In this document: positions 1 to 8,696 of the stretch, piece after piece
How the letters are laid out: each line of letters begins with the position of its first letter
Numbering within the stretch: position 1 is the stretch's first letter
DNA from: an uncultured Isosphaeraceae bacterium
GTDB taxonomy: Bacteria; Planctomycetota; Phycisphaerae; Phycisphaerales; SM1A02
Assembly (NCBI GenBank): GCA_964407695.1
Contig: CAYOWQ010000001.1
Span: forward strand, 374,160-438,159
Direction of reading: 5' to 3'
DNA length: 64,000 bases
Program-made: the position numbers and the translations under genes
Notes under the pieces: model-generated
Told to the model about the DNA's origin: nothing
Seen by the model: the letters and a program-made list of their open reading frames with translations, nothing else
Database searches by the model: none

Positions 1-328
1 TGAAGATGGCCAGCGAGGCCAGGTACTTGCCGGCAACGACGTCAAGATCGCTCGCCGGCTGGGTCAGCAGCAACTCATCCGTTCCCTGCCGACGCTCATC
101 CGACCAGATGGTCATCGAGATCGCAGGAACGATCACCAGCATGATCCACGGCAACGCCTGGTTCAGCTGATCGAGATTGCACAGGTTGCGATTGAAGAAC
201 TCGTTCGGCCAGAACGCTGCGATGGCGCACAGCAGCACGAACGCACAGATGAAGACGTAGCCGATGGGGCTGCTGAAATAGGCTCCAAGGTTTCGCCTGA
301 GGATCGCAAGAATGATGGAGAGATTCAT
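1..328 (-). CDS. ABC-2 type transporter permease, N-terminal part (gene runs off the left edge)
   Basis: Reverse-strand ATG at 326-328 opens [45 protein letters not shown]... with hydrophobic TM segments. It lies 21 nt downstream of the ABC ATPase stop, a typical ATPase-permease pair. Confidence 0.7.
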   Translation of the reverse strand, partial: MNLSIILAILRRNLGAYFSSPIGYVFICAFVLLCAIAAFWPNEFFNRNLCNLDQLNQALPWIMLVIVPAISMTIWSDERRQGTDELLLTQPASDLDVVAGKYLASLAIF

Positions 329-349
329 CGATGCGTGCTCATCATGGGG

Positions 350-1090
350 TCAGGCTGAGGTGAGTTCCGCGAATCGTTCATCCATTCGCGATGCGCTGCC
401 GCGGAACTCGCTTGGTGTTCCGTCGAACACGAGTCGTCCTTCGTGGATCAGAAGCACACGATCGGCCATCGCGTCGACTTCCTGCAGGATGTGCGTGGAA
501 AGAAGAATGGTGGTCTGCCGCGCCATTCGGCGAATGGTCTCACGAACCTCACGGATCTGATTCGGATCAAGGCCGGCGGTCGGCTCGTCAAGAATCAGCA
601 CCTTCGGTTCATGCAACAGCACGTGGGCCATGCCGACCCGCTGCCGATATCCCTTCGATAACTTCCCGATCGCCTTTCCTGCCACCGAACCCAGGTCGCA
701 CACGTTGACGACTTCATCGATGCGGCGGTCGAGGCGAGATCCATGCATCCCCCGAAGATTCCCGATGAATCGGAGCAGCGCGATCGGCGTCATGTCCGCA
801 TACAGCGGCCCGTTCTCGGGCAGATACCCCAGGATCGCGGCACCCGCGAGGCGATCGCGAGCCATGTCGTGTCCGCCGATTCGGGCCGTTCCCGACGTCG
901 GCGAGAGATACCCCGTCAGAAGCTTCATCGTGGTGCTCTTGCCGGCGCCGTTCGGCCCCAGAAAGGCCGCAACGCTTCCCGCAGTTATTTTGAAAGACAC
1001 ATCGCGCACTGCAGCGAACCGGCCGTACAGACGAGTAAGCCGATCCGCCTCAATCATCACGGGATGCGATGCCTGTTCGTGCCTGGTCAT
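350..1090 (-). CDS. ABC transporter ATP-binding protein (ABC-2/GldA-like)
   Basis: Walker A GPNGAGKST, signature LSKGYRQR, Walker B LILDEPTAGLD, H-loop STHIL. Confidence 0.93.
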   Translation of the reverse strand: MTRHEQASHPVMIEADRLTRLYGRFAAVRDVSFKITAGSVAAFLGPNGAGKSTTMKLLTGYLSPTSGTARIGGHDMARDRLAGAAILGYLPENGPLYADMTPIALLRFIGNLRGMHGSRLDRRIDEVVNVCDLGSVAGKAIGKLSKGYRQRVGMAHVLLHEPKVLILDEPTAGLDPNQIREVRETIRRMARQTTILLSTHILQEVDAMADRVLLIHEGRLVFDGTPSEFRGSASRMDERFAELTSA

Positions 1091-1156
1091 CGACGAGCAA
1101 ACTCCACCCTTGGCAACCTACTAGAGATGCTGAAAATTGCCCGGTCCGTCACCCAT

Positions 1157-1621
1157 TCACCCGGCGACCTCTGCCAGCAGCTCAACTTCGACCGACGCTC
1201 CCAACGGAAGGGCCACTGACCCCACGGCGGCTCGCGCATGTCGCCCGGCCTCTCCAAAAAGCTGCTGGAGGAGTTCGCTCGCTCCATTCGCCACCTTGGG
1301 CTGCTCAGTGAAGCCGGGGTCCGAGCACACGAATACGCCCACGCGCACAATCCGAACGACGCGATCGAGACTTCCGCCCAGTTGGTCGGCCAGCACAGCC
1401 AAGCCATTGACGATGCATTGCCTTGCGGCCGCTTGTCCGAGCTCGATCGAGATATGCGAAGGCACGGGTCCCGTCGCCATAAGTTTTCCGTCGAGGAAGG
1501 GAAGCTGGCCGGAAACGAAGACGAGGTTTCCGCTTCGAACCGCTGGGATATAAGCGGCGACGGGCTTGGGGGCCGCTGGGAGGACCAGATTCAGGTCTTT
1601 GAGCCTCTGGGTTGTGGTCAT
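1157..1621 (-). CDS. RidA/YjgF/UK114 family protein
   Basis: Tracked ORF 1157..1759 trimmed to the internal ATG (MTTTQRLKDLNLVLP...). AAYIPAVRSGNLVFVSGQLP and the C-terminal LPLGASVEVELLAEV are typical of the family. Confidence 0.8.
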   Translation of the reverse strand: MTTTQRLKDLNLVLPAAPKPVAAYIPAVRSGNLVFVSGQLPFLDGKLMATGPVPSHISIELGQAAARQCIVNGLAVLADQLGGSLDRVVRIVRVGVFVCSDPGFTEQPKVANGASELLQQLFGEAGRHARAAVGSVALPLGASVEVELLAEVAG

Positions 1622-1838
1622 GAGATGGTCGTCACGGAGTTCGGGTGAAAATAGGCAATCACGGGGAGTTCGGGCAACACTGCTCGCCGGAACGTCAAAG
1701 TGTAACGCCGGGAGGGTGGTTGTGGGTGTGGCAGGGATCATCTCCTGGACGGGAATCAACAGGTGGTCCCGGCCGGTCGGTCGACACTGTGTCGGCGCGG
1801 AAGGTCTGCGTCCAAAGTGACTTGTCGCAAAAAGATAT

Positions 1839-1890
1839 GGAACTTTTTCGGAACTTTGGAACTTGACAGAATCCGCCCACGTATTATTGT
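1839..1890 (+). promoter_or_regulatory. AT-rich island with three direct GGAACTT repeats overlapping a sigma70-like TTGACA-16nt-TATTGT
   Basis: GGAACTT at 1839-1845, 1850-1856 and 1858-1864. TTGACA at 1863-1868 and TATTGT at 1885-1890. This is the only clearly AT-rich patch of the 1622-2369 gap. Confidence 0.35.
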
Positions 1891-2369
1891 GATGACGTAG
1901 CGGAGAAATCCGCTCGGATCTCGCGGCATACTCTCAGGTAATTTCCTGACCATGCCCTCATTCGCCGGTGTCGACCGGCTGTTCATGCTCGCTGCGAGGT
2001 CGACAATTTGTTGGATGCCGCCAGTCCTGTCGTGTTCGTGGCGAATGAGTGGAGTTGCCCGTTTGGGCCGCTTCTGACGAACACGAAACCAGTGGTGAGC
2101 CACACCATATATTCTATTTGCGGCTCGCAATTCGGTGACCTTTGCCGATGTTCTGGTTGAACATGTGAATGGCCTTCAAGGCTGTTCCGGTCATGTTTCG
2201 GCGTCGGCTCCGCCCCTCTTCAACTCGCCCAGAGTGGGAAACAATGGTTCAGGTTGCCTGAACAGTTGTCCTGCGCTTTGTCGTCGCCCTGCGTGTCCGC
2301 ATGTCGACGGGTTTCGTTCGTACTTATTGTTTTTCTATTTCTCCCTTTTCTCTCCCCAAGGAGGCCCCA

Positions 2370-3311
2370 ATGAACAAACGAAATGGTGGTTTCACGTTGG
2401 TCGAGCTGCTCGTGGTGATTGCGATCATCGCGCTGCTGATCGGCTTGCTGCTTCCCGCCCTGGCCAAGGCTCGGCGAAACGCCCTGTCCGCCAAGGACGG
2501 AACTCAGCTCACTCAGATCCACAAGGCTTGCCTGTCCTTCGCCAATGCGGACAAGTCCGGAAAGCTTCCCACCCCCGGCCTGATCAATCGAAAAGCTACG
2601 TTTGTGAATCCGGCTCAGCCCAACCAGAACGTCCCCGGCCAGGGTGCGGAGGATTTTGCCGTCAATCACACCGGACCTCTTTATTCGGTGCTGATCGCCC
2701 AGAACTTCTTCCAGCCCGACATCCTCATCGGCCCAACCGAGGCCAATCCCTCGGTTCGCGAGATGAAGGACTACGACTACAGCAAGTACAACGTCACCGC
2801 TGACAGCTACTGGGATCCGAACTTCGCCGTCAATATCTCTCAAACCAATAGCGAATCGAACACGTCGTATGCCCACATGGCGCTTTGCGGCGAACGCAAG
2901 AAGACCCGCTGGCGTGTTGAGGGCGCTGCCGGAGGCGGTTCGACTTTCCCGATGTTCTCCACCCGTGGTCCTGAAGACGGTGTCGTTACCGGCGACAAGT
3001 ACAGCAAGTCATACACGTTGCTTCTCCACGGCCCCGATAAGGAATGGTGGGGCAATGTCACGTTCCAGGACAATCACAACGAGTTCTTGAATACCTTCTA
3101 TCCCAACGGCACCGCCTATCACTGCGGTGCCACGCCTGTTGACCTCAAGGACAACATTTTCGAGGCCATTCAGTTCTCTGCGTGCTATCCGCCCAACAGC
3201 GTTGCAGGCAAGAAGGGCCACAAGTCCGGTGATGCGCTTCAGGTCATTTCGACCGCGGCCGCGACAACCGGCAATGACGTTGACGTGATCTGGGATCCTC
3301 TGGTTCCTTGA
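2370..3311 (+). CDS. DUF1559-type prepilin-like protein (type II secretion/type IV pilin N-terminal methylation motif)
   Basis: Trimmed to ATG 2370, preceded by AAGGAGG at 2358-2364. N-terminus MNKRNGGFTLVELLVVIAIIALLIGLLLPALAKAR is a class III signal (G|FTLVE). C-terminal HNEFLNTFYPNG is an H-X9-NG variant of the H-X9-DG motif. Confidence 0.88.
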   Translation: MNKRNGGFTLVELLVVIAIIALLIGLLLPALAKARRNALSAKDGTQLTQIHKACLSFANADKSGKLPTPGLINRKATFVNPAQPNQNVPGQGAEDFAVNHTGPLYSVLIAQNFFQPDILIGPTEANPSVREMKDYDYSKYNVTADSYWDPNFAVNISQTNSESNTSYAHMALCGERKKTRWRVEGAAGGGSTFPMFSTRGPEDGVVTGDKYSKSYTLLLHGPDKEWWGNVTFQDNHNEFLNTFYPNGTAYHCGATPVDLKDNIFEAIQFSACYPPNSVAGKKGHKSGDALQVISTAAATTGNDVDVIWDPLVP

Positions 3312-3324
3312 CGATCTTGTGATG

Positions 3325-3346
3325 GCCGGCCGAAAGGCCGGCTTGT
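3325..3346 (+). terminator. Short GC hairpin after the first prepilin-like gene (weak intrinsic terminator)
   Basis: GCCGGCC-GAAA-GGCCGGC followed by TTGT. The U-tract is poor. Confidence 0.4.
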
Positions 3347-3490
3347 AAACACCGCGGGCCTGGACCGGCTCGCATGCCCGCCGGTTCAGGCCGATTTGCA
3401 AGGCTCGAAAGTTCTGATCATTCGGATCGCGGCGTGTGTCCGCCATCCAGCAAGTTTCCCTTTCCGCACCCCTATTATGGAGCTTTCACA

Positions 3491-4360
3491 ATGAGACGTG
3501 AACGCGGATTTACCCTGATCGAGTTGCTGGTCGTCATGGCGATCATTGCCCTGCTGCTCAGCTTGCTCCTCCCCGCACTGGCCAAGGCACGTGCAGCCGC
3601 CCGCCAGGTCAAAGACGCCACCCAGATCAAGCAGATTCATGCGTCCTGGCTTTCCTATGCCGCAACCACCCAGGATGGACATTTCCCAACCCCCGGCCTG
3701 ATCAAGCGGCAGGCCGTCAACGGTCAGTTCATCATTGGCCGTGGCGCTGAGGATCTGGCCCAGAACAATACCGCCAACCTTCACTCGGCGATGATCGCCC
3801 TCAACTACTATTCGCCGCAGCAGGTCATCAGCCCCGCCGAGGTGAACGGTCGAGTGCTTGCCTACACGGGCTACAACTACGACAAGATCGATCCGACCGC
3901 TGCCAATCCCATCTACTGGGATGACAAGTTTGTCGCGAATCTTGCCGCTGATTCCAACACCTCCTATGCCAACATGCCGATTCTCGGCGCCCGCAAGGCC
4001 CGAGAGTGGAAGAACTCGCAGAACAGCAAGTTCGTCGTGCTTGGCAACCGCGGGCCGCAGGACGGCGATCTCGACGCCGCCAAGTACAAGGCGTCTCGAA
4101 CGCTCGGCATTCACGGCGGTGCGAAGACCTGGGAAGGCAACCTCTGCTTCAACGATAACCACATCGGTTTTGTTGAAACCTGCCGTCCCGATGGCATCGA
4201 CTACCCCGATCCGAACGATCCCACCACGCTGATCCCGGACAACGTTTTCCGTGCCGATCAGGCCGGTTCCGCGTCGAATCACACCGATGTGCTTCTCGCC
4301 GTAGTCAGCATGGTGGAAGTCAACGGAAATAATGAGACGCATACATTGACCTTTGATTGA
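3491..4360 (+). CDS. DUF1559-type prepilin-like protein with H-X9-DG motif (paralog of 2370..3311)
   Basis: Trimmed to ATG 3491. MRRERGFTLIELLVVMAIIALLLSLLLPALAKARAAARQ. HIGFVETCRPDG is an exact H-X9-DG. Collinear similarity to the upstream gene (FPTPGLI, GRGAEDLAQNNT, SNTSYA). Confidence 0.88.
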   Translation: MRRERGFTLIELLVVMAIIALLLSLLLPALAKARAAARQVKDATQIKQIHASWLSYAATTQDGHFPTPGLIKRQAVNGQFIIGRGAEDLAQNNTANLHSAMIALNYYSPQQVISPAEVNGRVLAYTGYNYDKIDPTAANPIYWDDKFVANLAADSNTSYANMPILGARKAREWKNSQNSKFVVLGNRGPQDGDLDAAKYKASRTLGIHGGAKTWEGNLCFNDNHIGFVETCRPDGIDYPDPNDPTTLIPDNVFRADQAGSASNHTDVLLAVVSMVEVNGNNETHTLTFD

Positions 4361-4433
4361 TTCGGCTGCGACCGAATAATTCCTGCTCTTCGCCATCCCC
4401 CCTCCAGTCGCGAAGACACAGGAGTCAAAATCA

Positions 4434-4472
4434 CCCGGGGTCGGCTTCCTGCCGACCCCGGGCTTCTTTTTT
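4434..4472 (+). terminator. Rho-independent terminator
   Basis: 11-bp perfect stem CCCGGGGTCGG / CCGACCCCGGG, 7-nt loop, then CTTCTTTTTT. Confidence 0.8.
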
Positions 4473-4537
4473 GGCCGGTGGCCGTGCGCCATGCCACATC
4501 GTCTGTCCACGTCATCGCCGATCTATACTTGCGCTGG

Positions 4538-6235
4538 ATGATCAATCGGCTCCTGTTGCTCCTTTCCGGCCTCCTTCTTGTGGTGAACATGGGATGGGCT
4601 GCCCAATCGCAGACCACGCCGATCGTTTCCGCCCCCGCCTATCGGCAGGCCAACACCATCGCCGTTCTGACGATCAAGGGGCCGATTGACGAAGTCACCT
4701 ATAAGTCGCTCGAACGCCGGGCCGCCGCCGCCCGCGCTGCGGGCGTGCAGGGCATCGTGATCGAGCTCGATACCCCGGGTGGCGAGCTGACGGCGATGCT
4801 CAATATCTGCCACCTGATCAAGAATGACATGCCCGCGAATACCGTGGCGTGGGTCAATCATCAGGCCTACTCGGCCGGTTCTGTGATCGCGCTGGCGTGT
4901 CGCGAGATCGTGTTTGCCCCCTCGGCCACCATGGGAGATGCGGCACCCATCCAAATCGATCCGCTGGGCATCCTCAATCAGTTGAACCCGGCCGAACGTG
5001 CCAAACTCGAAGCGCCGTTGCGTGCCGAGGTCGTGGATTCCGCTCGGCGAAATCACTACGACGAAAACCTCGTGCAGGCGTTCATTTCGGTCGAAATACA
5101 GCTCTGGTTGATCGAAAACACCCAGACCCACGAGACCGCCTTCGTCGATGCCGACGAGTTTCGAGACGCCATGGGCGAGGACCCTCCCCACACCGCCGCG
5201 AGGTCGACGACCGGAAACACCGCCGCCGTCAATTCACCCCAGGCCCAGATCAACAGGCAGTTCGACGCCCAATCACCCGCCGATCTCGTCGCAGCGTCCG
5301 AAACTTCGCTCGAGGAGATGTTTCTCAAGAGCCGGCCGCCCGTGCGCGAACGCCTCACCGCGGCGGATCGTGGCAATTGGCGCCTGGTGATGCAAGTGGA
5401 TCGCGATGACCAGCTCCTCGTTGTGCGGACGGCCGAAGCGAAGTTCTACGGGCTCGCCAAGGGCGTCGTGGCCAACGAACAGGAGCTCAAGAGCTTCTTC
5501 GGGGCCGTCAATGTCATCAGGCTCGACGAAAGCTGGTCCGAGGGCCTCGTGCGGGTCATGACATCGCTTCCCGTCCGCGCGCTTCTCATCATCATCTTCC
5601 TGGTCTGCCTGTTTATCGAAATCGCCACTCCGGGTGTCGGTTTCTTCGGCATCACGGCCCTGGTCGCCCTCGTTCTCCTCATTGGAACCCCCGCGCTCAT
5701 CGGTCTGGCCCAATGGTGGACGCTGGTCATGATTCTGGTTGGTCTCAGCCTCGTCCTCCTCGAGTTGTTCGTCATTCCCGGTTTCGGAATCACCGGCGTC
5801 GCCGGAGCAGTCTGCGTTCTTGCGGGGCTTGTCGGCGTCTTTGTAAGCGGTGATATCTCCACGATCGAAGGCCGACGCGACCTCTGGACCGGCATCGGAA
5901 CCACGCTCGTCTCGCTCTTCGCTTCCGGAATCGGCATCTGGTTCATCGCCCGCCAGTTGGAAACGATCCCGCTCTTCCAGCGGCTGGTCCTGACCGCGGA
6001 AATCAAGCCGTCTTCGGAAACGTCGCTCCTCGATCCAGCGCTTGCCACGCAGCGCGTGCTCGAAATCGGCGACCAGGGCTCCGCCGTCACCGACCTCCGC
6101 CCGGTCGGCAAGGCCATCTTTGGCGATCGCCTGGTGGAGGTGCAGTCTACCGCGGGGTATATCGACCGCGGAACTCCGATCGTGGTGGTTCGCATTGCCG
6201 AAAATCAGATCGATGTGGAGGAACTTCGCGCATGA
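4538..6235 (+). CDS. NfeD-family membrane-bound serine protease (ClpP class, long form)
   Basis: Start moved to ATG 4538 because GTG 4478 abuts the terminator. Signal-like MINRLLLLLSGLLLVV. ClpP-like IELDTPGGELTAM...AYSAGSVIALAC. Several TM helices and a C-terminal NfeD OB-like tail. Confidence 0.85.
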   Translation: MINRLLLLLSGLLLVVNMGWAAQSQTTPIVSAPAYRQANTIAVLTIKGPIDEVTYKSLERRAAAARAAGVQGIVIELDTPGGELTAMLNICHLIKNDMPANTVAWVNHQAYSAGSVIALACREIVFAPSATMGDAAPIQIDPLGILNQLNPAERAKLEAPLRAEVVDSARRNHYDENLVQAFISVEIQLWLIENTQTHETAFVDADEFRDAMGEDPPHTAARSTTGNTAAVNSPQAQINRQFDAQSPADLVAASETSLEEMFLKSRPPVRERLTAADRGNWRLVMQVDRDDQLLVVRTAEAKFYGLAKGVVANEQELKSFFGAVNVIRLDESWSEGLVRVMTSLPVRALLIIIFLVCLFIEIATPGVGFFGITALVALVLLIGTPALIGLAQWWTLVMILVGLSLVLLELFVIPGFGITGVAGAVCVLAGLVGVFVSGDISTIEGRRDLWTGIGTTLVSLFASGIGIWFIARQLETIPLFQRLVLTAEIKPSSETSLLDPALATQRVLEIGDQGSAVTDLRPVGKAIFGDRLVEVQSTAGYIDRGTPIVVVRIAENQIDVEELRA

Positions 6236-6807
6236 GTTGGTGTGTGCTCGCCCAGACTGCGGCCACCACGTCTGCCGGTGACCCGACGTATGTGGTCTGG
6301 GGCTGCGTGCTGCTTGCCGCGGCGATCGGCCTCCTCGTCCTCGAACTGTTCGTTCCCAGTGGGGGACTGATCGGCGTCCTCTGTGCCGTGGCCGCCATCG
6401 GGTCCATCGTGGCGTTCTTCGCCTACGACACGACATGGGGCGCGGTCTCACTTATCGGCTATTTTCTGTTGGGCCCGGTTGCGGTTGTCCTGGGCATGCG
6501 AGTCTGGTCGACATCGCCGATCGCTCAGCGGCTTGTGTTAGGCGGAGAGGACGAGGATTTCAACGCCACACCAGAGGAAGCCGCGTTTGCCTCTGAAAAG
6601 GCCCGGGTTCAACGTCTGGCTCAACTCCGTGGTCTCATCGGGGCAGAGGGGATGACGACCTCGACATTGCGCCCCGTCGGATTCGTGCGCATCGGCTCCC
6701 AGAAGATCGACGCTCTCGCTGAAAACGGCGTCATCGATTCGGGCATCGATGTCGTCGTCGTCGATGTCGTCGACAATCAGGTCAAGGTCCGCCCGAAGAT
6801 GACGTGA
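6232..6807 (+). CDS. NfeD-family membrane protein (short form)
   Basis: ATGA overlap with the upstream gene. N-terminal TM helices plus C-terminal TTSTLRPVGFVRIGSQKIDALAENGVIDSGIDVVVVDV OB-fold-like tail. Confidence 0.75.
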   Translation: MSWCVLAQTAATTSAGDPTYVVWGCVLLAAAIGLLVLELFVPSGGLIGVLCAVAAIGSIVAFFAYDTTWGAVSLIGYFLLGPVAVVLGMRVWSTSPIAQRLVLGGEDEDFNATPEEAAFASEKARVQRLAQLRGLIGAEGMTTSTLRPVGFVRIGSQKIDALAENGVIDSGIDVVVVDVVDNQVKVRPKMT

Positions 6808-6873
6808 TTCGGTTATTCTTGCTCCCGGCAGCTTCGGCCAGGAAGGCCGGCCCTGCCATTGAGGAACTCTTCC

Positions 6874-7908
6874 ATGCCGGTCTCTACACCGATACTTCTC
6901 GCCGCCGTCGATATGTGGATCTGGGTGCTTGTGGTCGTGGCGGTAATGGTCGCCCTGATCTTCTTCGGGCTCATCTTCAAATACCTCGGTCTCTGGCTTC
7001 AAGCGTATCTCTCCGGAGCGAAAGTCAAGTTGTGGGAATTGATCATGATGCGGCTCCGAAAGGTGCGCCCCGAGGTCATTGTGATCAATCGAATCTCGGC
7101 CAAGAAGGCCAACATCGACATCCCCACCAACATGCTCGAGGCCCATTACCTCGCCGGCGGCCGAATTGACCGCGTGGTCCGTGCCATGATCGCGGCCGAC
7201 AAGGCCAAGATCGACCTTCCCTGGGACCGCGCGACCGCCATCGACCTCGCCGGCCGCGATATTCTCGATGCGGTCAAGACCTCCGTCGATCCCAAGGTGA
7301 TCGATTGTCCAAGTCCCGCCTCGGGGAAACAGACAATCGATGCCGTGGCGCAGGACGGTATTCAACTGAAGGCCAAGGCCCGCGTCACGGTGCGAACCAA
7401 CATCGCCCGGCTCGTCGGCGGCGCCACGGAGGAAACGATCATCGCCCGCGTCGGCGAGGGCATCATTTCGACCATTGGTTCCGCGCCCAGCCACAAGGCG
7501 GTGCTGGAGAATCCGGATCGAATTTCCAAGACCGTGTTGGCCAAGGGTCTCGATTCGGGAACCGCGTTCGAAATTCTCTCGATCGACATCGCCGACATCG
7601 ACGTCGGCGACAACATCGGCGCCCACCTGCAGAACGATCAGGCCGAGGCTGACACCAAGCGATTCCAGGCCGAGGCCGAAAAGCGCCGAGCCATGGCTGT
7701 GGCCCATGAGGCCGAGTATCAGGCGGAGGCCCAGAAAAACCGGGCGCTGGTCATCCTCGCCGAGGCCGAAGTGCCCAAGGCCATGGCCGACGCCTTCCGC
7801 AGCGGAAACATGGGAATCATGGATTACTACCGCATGAAGAACGTCGCAGCCGACACGCGCATGCGCGATTCTCTCGCCGGCGGCACCGGCGACAGCAAGA
7901 CCGGCTGA
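6874..7908 (+). CDS. floA: Flotillin-like protein FloA (SPFH, UPF0365/YqfA family)
   Basis: ATG 6874 follows GAGGAA at 6861-6866. N-terminal hairpin helix, [39 protein letters not shown], and C-terminal [35 protein letters not shown]. Confidence 0.9.
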   Translation: MPVSTPILLAAVDMWIWVLVVVAVMVALIFFGLIFKYLGLWLQAYLSGAKVKLWELIMMRLRKVRPEVIVINRISAKKANIDIPTNMLEAHYLAGGRIDRVVRAMIAADKAKIDLPWDRATAIDLAGRDILDAVKTSVDPKVIDCPSPASGKQTIDAVAQDGIQLKAKARVTVRTNIARLVGGATEETIIARVGEGIISTIGSAPSHKAVLENPDRISKTVLAKGLDSGTAFEILSIDIADIDVGDNIGAHLQNDQAEADTKRFQAEAEKRRAMAVAHEAEYQAEAQKNRALVILAEAEVPKAMADAFRSGNMGIMDYYRMKNVAADTRMRDSLAGGTGDSKTG

Positions 7909-7917
7909 TTCGTCATC

Positions 7918-8658
7918 GTGTCGGTGCTCTGGGTCGTCATTCCGGTCTTCAACGAGCCCGGCACGTTGGGGGCCATCGTCAAGCGCGTGCAGAGCACCCC
8001 GCTCCCTTCCGGTTGGACCCGCAAGGTCATCATTGTGGACGATTGCTCGGCGCCAGCCGGTCAGGCGGCGGTCGATTCGGTCATCTCCTCCGCCGGCGAC
8101 GACACGAACAAGCCGATCCTGCTTCGTCATTCAGTCAATCGTGGCAAGGGCGCAGCCCTGCGCACCGGCTTCCAGTATCTGCTCGATCATGCAATGGATT
8201 CCGATGCCGTGATCATCCAGGACGCCGACCTCGAATACGACCCCGATGACTTTTCCGGACTTCTCCAGCCGATTATTGAAGGCTGGGCCGACGTCGTCTT
8301 CGGCACACGATGGGGTGATCATCGACCGCTGAATTCTCTGATGAGCAGGATTCATGCCGCCGGCAATCGTGGCCTGACAATCTTCTCAAATGCACTCACG
8401 GGTCTCTCCGTTCTCGACATGGAGTGCTGCTACAAGCTCCTGACCTTGCCGGCCCTCCGTGCCATCCTCCCCTCGTTGTCAGAGGACCGATTCGGGATCG
8501 AGCCCCAACTGGCCGCGGCGGCGGCGCGAAGTGGTTTCTCCGTCGCCCAGCGTCAGATTCACTATGAGCCGCGCGGGTTCAGCCAGGGGAAGAAGATCGG
8601 CGTGCGCGACGGGCTTCGGGCTCTCTACGTAATCGTTCGCGAGGCCATTTCAGGCTGA
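7918..8658 (+). CDS. Glycosyltransferase family 2 (DPM1-like)
   Basis: VVIPVFNE, IIVDDCS, NRGKGAAL, IIQDADLEYDP. Confidence 0.88.
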   Translation: MSVLWVVIPVFNEPGTLGAIVKRVQSTPLPSGWTRKVIIVDDCSAPAGQAAVDSVISSAGDDTNKPILLRHSVNRGKGAALRTGFQYLLDHAMDSDAVIIQDADLEYDPDDFSGLLQPIIEGWADVVFGTRWGDHRPLNSLMSRIHAAGNRGLTIFSNALTGLSVLDMECCYKLLTLPALRAILPSLSEDRFGIEPQLAAAAARSGFSVAQRQIHYEPRGFSQGKKIGVRDGLRALYVIVREAISG

Positions 8659-8696
8659 TTGTCGGCGACCCCTTGGCCCGATACTGATTGCTGCCG

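Noticed and set aside
1756-2130. 124-aa reverse-strand ORF inside the 750-bp gap
   Set aside because: It has no RBS, it spans the AT-rich repeat island, and its product is Arg/Pro-rich and unstructured-looking. It is treated as non-coding, but the region is flagged as a finding.
4478-4537. Longer N-terminal extensions offered by the ORF track (for example NfeD from 4478, pilin-like genes from 2301 and 3374, RND from 48185, SMP-30 from 63568, GatC from 49417)
   Set aside because: The extensions overlap terminators or upstream genes, lack an RBS, or precede an obvious signal peptide or conserved N-terminus. Starts were moved to internal codons, and some uncertainty of a few codons remains.
6538-8130. 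530-aa reverse-strand ORF antisense to the NfeD-short, floA and GT2 genes
   Set aside because: It lies fully antisense to genes with strong family motifs. Its product is Gly/Asp/Arg/His-rich low-complexity sequence, the typical shadow ORF of GC-rich DNA. The same applies to 3386..4510(-), 5273..6451(-), 28961..30076(+), 32832..33770(-), 41855..42538(-), 46743..48230(+), 57352..58113(-) and 62528..63382(+).
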